The notes under the pieces were generated by a model, which saw only the letters and a program-made list of their open reading frames with translations, was not told the origin of the DNA and searched no databases. From contig NC_007681.1 of the NCBI RefSeq assembly GCF_000012545.1, forward strand, positions 660,001 through 692,000: a stretch of DNA of 32,000 nt, given 5' to 3'. The DNA is from Methanosphaera stadtmanae DSM 3091. GTDB lineage: Archaea; Methanobacteriota; Methanobacteria; Methanobacteriales; Methanobacteriaceae. Positions 28,001 through 32,000 of this stretch are shown piece by piece (the stretch's first letter is position 1; the number at the start of each line of letters is the position of its first letter). Position numbers and translations under genes: made by a program.

Positions 28001-30978
28001 ATCTATCCATTGACATAATTGATGATACAACTATCGAATCTGATATTACTATAAGTGGAGTTCTTACTGATGAATTTGGAAATACACTATCAAACACTTC
28101 CATTGTAATTATTATCAATGGTCAAGAATATACCACAACCACTGATAATGATGGTAAATATAACTACATATACACTACTAGCACTTTGGGTGAAAATATT
28201 GTTAGTGTAAATTATCCTGGTGATAACAAATACAGTCCTAGTAGTAATCAAACATCATTCAATGTACGTAAAATAAATACAAATCTATCAATTAATGATG
28301 TAAATGATACAACAATAGGACAAGAAATAGAAATAAGTGGAGTTCTTACTGATGAATTTGGAAATACACTATCAAACACTTCCATTGTAATTATTATCAA
28401 TGGTCAAGAATACACTACAACCACTGATAATGAGGGTAAATACAACTACATATATACTACTATCACTTTGGGTGAAAACATTGTTAGTGTAAATTATCCT
28501 GATAATAATAAGTACAGTTCTAGTAGTAATCAAACATCATTTAATGTACGTAAAATAAATACAAATCTATCCATTGACATAATTGATGATACAACTATCG
28601 AATCTGATATTACTATTAGTGGTGTTCTTACTGATGAATTTGGAAATACGCTATTAAACACTTCCATTGTAATTATTATCAATGGTCAAGAATACACCAC
28701 AACCACTGATAATGATGGTAAATACAACTACATATATACTACTAGCACTTTAGATGAAAATATTGTTAGTGTAAATTATCCTGGTAATAACAAGTACAGT
28801 CCTAGTAGTAATCAAACATCATTTAATGTACGTAAAATAAATACAAATCTATCCATTGATACAATTGATGATACAACAGTAGGAAGAGATATCACTGTTA
28901 GTGGTGTTCTTACTGATGAATTTGGAAACATATTAGCAAACACAAACATAACAATAATAGTTAATGGAAATATATTTAAAGCAACAACAGATGTTAATGG
29001 AGTATATAACTATGGATACACCATAGATGTAACTGGATTACATCGTGTAGATGTTATATATTCAGGAAATACAACACATTTCCCATCAAACAATAATACT
29101 TCATTTAATGTACGTAAAAGTGATACAAATCTATCTATTAACACAATTAATGATACAACAATCTCTAGTAATGTGGAAGTAAGTGGAACACTTACTGATG
29201 AATATGAAAATATCTTGCCAAATACTACAATAACAATAAATATAAATGGTCAAGAATACACCACAACAACGGATAATAATGGTAAATACAACTACACATA
29301 CATGGTAAATACATTAGATCAAAACACTGTCATTGTAAATTATCCTGGTGATGATAAATATAATTCAGCAACTACATTTACAACATTCAATGTAAGAAAA
29401 ATAAATACAAAGCTATTTATTAACACAATCAATGATACAATAGTAGGACAAGATATTAATGTAGGTGGAGTTCTCAAAGATGAATTTGAAAACATATTAG
29501 TAAACACCACAGTAGAAATAACAATAACCAATCCAAAAGGTACAAAAAATACATATACAACAACTACAAATGAAGAAGGTATGTATTCAGTAACATATGC
29601 TGGAAACATAGATGGAACATATAAAGTAGAAGTAAATTATATTGGAAACAACACATATAATTCATCAAGTAATGAAACATCATTCAATACAAGAAAAATA
29701 AATACAAAACTAATAATAGATTCAATAGAAAACACAACAATAGATACAAATATATTTATAACAGGAAAATTAGTAGATGAATTTGGAAATATTGTACCAA
29801 ATACATTTATAAATATAACTGTTAACAATAACATGATAGAGTTATATGTAGATGCAAATGGAACATTTACATGCATATACAAAACAAGTATTTTAGGAGA
29901 AAATAACATAACACTACAATACAATGGAAATGACACATATAATCCATCAAGTAATGAAGCATCATTTAATGTAAGAAAACTAAAATCAACAATTGTAGTA
30001 GATTCTATTGTTGGTTATATTGGTGAGAATATTACATTAACTGCAAGAATTACTGATGAAAATGGAAAACTTGTAAATGGGGGAAATATTGTATTTAAAT
30101 TTAATGGTAAAACATTACGTGAAGATGGAAGATTTGACTCCACAGCAAGTCCAATGAAATTTAAAGTTGTAGATGGAATTGTAAAATATATAACAGTTGC
30201 AGATGCATATCTTAGAAATGTAAAACACATAACAGCCACATACAGTGGATCATATAATTATGAAAGTTCAAAAGCAGAATATAATCATGTATTACTAAAC
30301 AAACGTAGTGCACAAATAAATGTAACAGTTACACCAAACTTCACAAAACAAAATACAAAAATAGTATTCAATGCAACAATCAAAGATGTAACAATAAATG
30401 GAACAAATACAAGTATTATAAATAATAATGGAAAAGTAATCTTTAAAATCAATGGTAAAGTCGTAAAAGATGAAGATGGTAATATAATCTTTGTAAAAGT
30501 AGTAAATAATTCTGCTAACTACACATATTACATACCAAATGGTATGGCATCAGTATACAACAACAGTGTTTTAAGAAATTATACTGTTGAAGCAGTGTAT
30601 GGAAATCCATTATATGATTCAGATACAAGAAATATAACAATATTCAATGTGGAACAATCACCTATTAATATTAATGTAGCAAATATCACAATTAATAAAA
30701 ACACAAACAAACTTACATTAAAAGCAAATATCACAGATTATCAAGAAAATCTAGTTGTAGGAACAAATAAGATATGTTTAAAAATTAATGATAAAACATT
30801 AACTGATGAATCTAACAATACAATCTACTATTATATAACAGATGGAATAATTGATTTAAGTAATATCACAGTACCAGCAATTAATAATTACCACAATATT
30901 ACAATAGTAGCTGGTGAAAGATATGCATATAAATCAAATAAAATCACATCAACAGATATTAATGTAGTAGATAAATAG
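22039..30978 (+). CDS. giant secreted adhesin-like protein (Asn/Thr-rich large protein family type): signal peptide, K/T/S/D-rich linker, right-handed beta-helix (Pmp/pectate-lyase-like) region, ~24 Ig-like repeats, distinct C-terminal module
   Basis: Uninterrupted 8,940-nt ORF (2,979 aa) with SD 'ggtga' at 22030-22034. Hydrophobic N-terminus 'IVCIFIMLLVLLIGLSCAVA'. The beta-helix-type repeats 'LTLKNIVIDSNS', 'NAGGELILDNCTIS', 'GNVTILNSNINNNG' and 'NVYIEKSRLSNN' lie at about 22600-23100. The rest is the tandem 94-aa units. T10 terminator after the stop. Confidence 0.9.
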   Translation: MHKNRIVCIFIMLLVLLIGLSCAVATDTSKDISELEVKKQDIDTNINALKESNVDKIVNQKEIIGKMQNTQIDKIKAKETTKNTITKKEPTISSTEKSTTDDDTQEASNHDAKSNKKSNTDSSTLVPLEDHEEVSYDKNTVSNEVNINPKVTNNIKDSTFNLKNIEEPYKNVSSLNQINTNGTFNLTSDTSGQLTLSDGNTTIYGNNHKIIPNNPNQYFVTINAGQKLTLKNIVIDSNSEFSSDWLYRPAIIVNAGGELILDNCTISRTIQAIKSEGNVTILNSNINNNGRIAHGATIEIKGNSNVYIEKSRLSNNQYCGINVASNQAKVLLNQTELSGSIEMHVYLGNISLYNVTYDGTQITDENKVSNNGIQDTQDKTNKKNIIILEDSMISIDHAQKILNSTTMTINGRLTSGNTYLPNQTLKVYVDDVLIGEVTTNDNGYYTISYTAEEVGNHNIKVTYDGNYKYLPSEAKSSFEVYKIDTNIIINNINDELFDKLANITGTLTNANDEVISNAKVIVTINGNQKILITNSTGGFTYTGAKVLLGDNTVTALFEGTRTYNPSEDTKTFTGKKHDTQITLNPIENTHIDDSIEISGILTDVNGTVLTNKNIIITIDNQQHTITTDDNGKYRITHTITSSGEKTVLVTYDGDTAYNPSSNQTSFNVRKINTTISLDNISDKTIDSTIWISGILKDEFGNILPNTQVSILINTHNITTTTDVNGKYNYSYTTTTLGENRIMVGYIGNDKYSSSYNETSFNVHRINTNLSIDTIDDTTIGSDITISGILKDEFGNLLANKEIIITIDGQEYTVITDNDGKYNYIYTTSTLGENIVNVNYPGDNKYSPSSNQTSFNVRRINTNLSIDTIDDTTIESDITISGILKDEFGNLLANKEIIITINGQEYTTTTDNDGKYNYTYMVNTLDQNTVIVNYLGDNKYSSSNNQTSFNVRRINTNLSIDTIDDTTIESDITISGILKDEFGNLLANKEIIITINGQEYTTTTDNDGKYNYTYKTEMTGLHNIEVIYAGDTTYFPSNNKTTFNVRKINTNLSINDVNDTTIGQEIEISGVLTDEFGNTLPNTSIVIIINGQEYTTTTDNNGKYNYKYTTSTLGENIVSVNYPGDNKYSPSSNQTSFNVRRINTNLSIDTIDDTTIGSDITISGILKDEFGNLLANKAIIITIDGQEYTVITDNDGKYNYIYTTSTLGENIVSVNYLGDNKYSPSSNQTSFNVRRINTNLSIDTIDDTTIGSDITIKGVLRDEFGILLADKEIIITINGQEYVINTNADGKYNYIYTTSTLGENIVSVNYPGNNKYSPSSNQTSFNVRKINTNLSIDTIDDTTIGSDITISGILKDEFGNLLANKEIIITINGQEYTTTTDNDGKYNYIYKTEMTGLHNIEVIYAGDTTYFPSNNKTTFNVRKINTNLSINDINDTTIGQEIEISGVLTDEFGNNVPNATIKIIVNGNQQNTTITDAEGNYKVIIKNTLGLNTVFVIYDGNYKYYPSNNQTSFNTTTNTMISINNIDDTTIGSIINIDGTLKDGEGNTLSNTNLIITINGQEYTVITDNDGKYNYIYTTSTLGENIVEVAFTGNTTHKPSNNQTSFNVRKINTNLSINDIDNTTIGRDITISGVLTGEFGNKLINTSIVIIINGQEYTTTTDDDGKYNYIYTTSTLGENIVNVNYPGDNKYSPSSNQTSFNVRKINTNLSIDTIDDTTIGSDITISGVLTDEFGNLLANKEIIITINGQEYTTTTDNDGKYNYTYMVNTLDQNTVIVNYLGDNKYSSSNNQTSFNVRKINTNLSINDVNDTTIGQEIEISGVLTDEFGNNIPNATIKIIVNGNQQNTTITDTEGNYKVIIKNTLGLNTVFVIYDGNYKYYPSNNQTSFNTTTNTMISINNIDDTTIGSSININGTLKDGEGNTLSNTNLIITINGQKYTVITDNDGKYNYIYTTITLGENIVEVAFTGNTTHKSSNNQTSFNVRKINTNLSIDIIDDTTIESDITISGVLTDEFGNTLSNTSIVIIINGQEYTTTTDNDGKYNYIYTTSTLGENIVSVNYPGDNKYSPSSNQTSFNVRKINTNLSINDVNDTTIGQEIEISGVLTDEFGNTLSNTSIVIIINGQEYTTTTDNEGKYNYIYTTITLGENIVSVNYPDNNKYSSSSNQTSFNVRKINTNLSIDIIDDTTIESDITISGVLTDEFGNTLLNTSIVIIINGQEYTTTTDNDGKYNYIYTTSTLDENIVSVNYPGNNKYSPSSNQTSFNVRKINTNLSIDTIDDTTVGRDITVSGVLTDEFGNILANTNITIIVNGNIFKATTDVNGVYNYGYTIDVTGLHRVDVIYSGNTTHFPSNNNTSFNVRKSDTNLSINTINDTTISSNVEVSGTLTDEYENILPNTTITININGQEYTTTTDNNGKYNYTYMVNTLDQNTVIVNYPGDDKYNSATTFTTFNVRKINTKLFINTINDTIVGQDINVGGVLKDEFENILVNTTVEITITNPKGTKNTYTTTTNEEGMYSVTYAGNIDGTYKVEVNYIGNNTYNSSSNETSFNTRKINTKLIIDSIENTTIDTNIFITGKLVDEFGNIVPNTFINITVNNNMIELYVDANGTFTCIYKTSILGENNITLQYNGNDTYNPSSNEASFNVRKLKSTIVVDSIVGYIGENITLTARITDENGKLVNGGNIVFKFNGKTLREDGRFDSTASPMKFKVVDGIVKYITVADAYLRNVKHITATYSGSYNYESSKAEYNHVLLNKRSAQINVTVTPNFTKQNTKIVFNATIKDVTINGTNTSIINNNGKVIFKINGKVVKDEDGNIIFVKVVNNSANYTYYIPNGMASVYNNSVLRNYTVEAVYGNPLYDSDTRNITIFNVEQSPININVANITINKNTNKLTLKANITDYQENLVVGTNKICLKINDKTLTDESNNTIYYYITDGIIDLSNITVPAINNYHNITIVAGERYAYKSNKITSTDINVVDK
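23211..29969 (+). repeat. in-frame tandem array, ~24 units of ~282 bp (94 aa), with a near-identical core from about 24300 to 28850
   Basis: Unit junction motif 'SFNVR(K/R)INTNLSI(D/N)' recurs. Measured offsets: 24601 to 24883 = 282 bp; 28009 to 28573 = 564 bp; 25081 to 26209 = 1128 bp. The edge units (23211-24300 and 28850-29969) are more diverged. Confidence 0.95.
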
Positions 30979-30997
30979 AATTCATCATCTCCTCCTA

Positions 30998-31007
30998 TTT
31001 TTTTTTT
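30998..31007 (+). terminator. oligo-T tract (T10) after the adhesin-like gene
   Basis: Ten consecutive T starting 20 nt after the stop codon. Confidence 0.6.
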
Positions 31008-31094
31008 AAATAAAATTACTTTCAAAATTACTCTAAAATACATATTATAGCTATATATTAGTAGTTATCATATAGTAATTAGAAGATGAAACTT

Positions 31095-31671
31095 ATGACA
31101 GAAACATTAGAAAATATTTTAAAAGCTAATAAAAAGTATTCAGAAAAAATTAAAAATCAAAAAAAAACTACCACATAATGCGAAATTTGCAATAGTAACA
31201 TGTATGGATGAAAGAATTGATCCTGTACAATTTGCTGGACTTAGAAATAATGCACATGTAATACGTAATGCTGGTGGAAGAGTAACTGATGATGTTATTA
31301 GATCACTTATAATTTCACATAAATTACTTGGAACACAGGAATGGTATGTAATACAACATACAGATTGTGGAGGAATGACATTTACAAATAATGAAATCAC
31401 AGAACTTCTATCAGAAAGTCTTGAATCTGCAGAATACGGAGAAAATGGGTGGTATAATCCAAGTAAAGAAGGAGGATCTGCAGAGGGACAATATATTAAT
31501 TTTTATCCAATAGATAATATTGAAAAAACAGTAACTGATGATGTTACACGTCTTAAAAATCATCCATTGGTACCATCTAATATTCCAATATATGGATACA
31601 TATATGATGTTGAAAGTGGGGAATTAATAAAAGTTGACAAGGCCTGTTCCATAGGTACCTCTTGTGAATAG
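31095..31671 (+). pseudogene. beta-class (Cab-type) carbonic anhydrase, reading frame broken at an A9 run
   Basis: The frame from ATG 31095 gives 'MTETLENILKANKKYSEKIKNQKKTTT*', with the stop at 31176-31178. The +1 frame continues 'LPHNAKFAIVTCMDERIDP...NAGGRV...QHTDCGG...' to 31671. The Zn-site motifs CxDxR ('CMDER') and HxxCG ('HTDCG') are both present, but the first Cys lies upstream of the only in-frame ATG (31204). The switch point is the A9 tract at 31159-31167. Confidence 0.75.
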
Positions 31672-31886
31672 ATTCATCTATATTCTTTTTTATTTTTTTA
31701 TGAGTGGTAAAAACTATTTTTTTATATAAAAATTACTACTAATATAACATAACATATTTAAATAAGGTTATATATAAATTATATTATTATTCTTAAGTTT
31801 ACTTATCTAGATTTTATGTATTTTTCATAATTTCATTCCTTGCACTTAAGAAGAATATTCTATATTTTTTAGAGGATTAGATATTT

Positions 31887-32000
31887 TTGAGTAGAAGAAA
31901 ACGACCTAATTGGATAAACACTATAGCACTCGAGAGGATGCAGATACTGTTTGAACAAGCAGAGAAGGAATTTTCAAAACACCCAGAACGATCTGATCGA
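31887..32000 (+). CDS. rnp4: RNase P protein component 4 (Rpp21/Rpr2 homologue), 5' part only (runs off the window)
   Basis: TTG 31887 is preceded by 'agagga' at 31871-31876. The translation 'SRRKRPNWINTIALERMQILFEQAEKEFSKHPERSDR' fits the archaeal Rpp21 N-terminal pattern (IA-ERI-ILF--AE--F---PE---RY). It is absent from the ORF track because it is truncated at 38 codons. Confidence 0.65.
   Translation, partial: MSRRKRPNWINTIALERMQILFEQAEKEFSKHPERSDR

Noticed and set aside
23211-29969. Whether the highly regular repeat array could be a CRISPR array or a non-coding satellite.
   Set aside because: The period is 282 bp, a multiple of 3, and the whole array stays in one open frame. The units are contiguous with no unique spacers and encode a coherent Ig-like domain. 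No cas genes are present.
23619-30239. Seven minus-strand ORFs of 69-99 aa inside the giant gene (23619-23888, 24228-24437, 25068-25304, 26881-27126, 29340-29609, 29637-29936, 30015-30239).
   Set aside because: They lie antisense to an uninterrupted 8.9-kb ORF. They exist because the Asn/Thr/Ile-rich codons are stop-poor on the opposite strand, and their hydrophobic low-complexity translations are not credible proteins.
22039-30978. Diversity-generating retroelement or other targeted hypermutation as the source of unit-to-unit variation.
   Set aside because: There is no reverse transcriptase, template repeat or accessory gene anywhere in the window. The variation is cassette-like (blocks swapped) rather than adenine-specific point changes.
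31140-31400. Minus-strand 86-aa ORF overlapping the carbonic anhydrase locus.
   Set aside because: It lies antisense to a region whose + strand translation carries both beta-CA zinc-site motifs, so it is a shadow ORF.
1-32000. Defence islands, toxin-antitoxin pairs, prophage or integrative elements, IS elements and rRNA genes.
   Set aside because: No nuclease/ATPase defence-type gene pairs, integrase or transposase motifs, terminal inverted repeats, or rRNA-like GC-rich blocks were seen. tRNA-Thr has no adjacent integrase or direct repeat of its 3' end.

Overview
Very AT-rich archaeal chromosomal segment (roughly 25-30% G+C by eye). The gene content points to a pseudomurein-containing methanogen of the Methanobacteriales. 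The extreme AT bias and a giant Asn/Thr-rich surface protein look most like Methanosphaera or Methanobrevibacter; this is an inference, since no search was run. About two thirds of the window is tightly packed housekeeping: bacterial-type excision repair (uvrC divergent from uvrB-uvrA), an MBL-fold hydrolase, tRNA-Thr(CGU), shikimate genes aroD and aroC with an unknown gene between them, a MurT/GatD-like pair, sucD, archaeal HMG-CoA reductase, a VIT-like membrane protein, threonine synthase and a Fap7-like kinase. The accessory part starts at about 21.4 kb. It has a 680-bp AT-rich upstream region containing a G9 tract bracketed by a duplicated BRE/TATA-like element. This is followed by an 8.94-kb gene for a 2,979-aa secreted adhesin-like protein: signal peptide, beta-helix region, about 24 tandem 94-aa Ig-like units, and a distinct C-terminal module. 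At the DNA level the array has nested 282, 564 and ~1128-bp periodicity. Downstream is a Cab-type beta-carbonic anhydrase gene split by a frameshift at an A9 run, then the truncated start of an RNase P Rpp21-like gene. I saw no CRISPR array, transposase or integrase, rRNA, or recognisable defence system. All family calls rest on motifs read from the translations, not on database searches.
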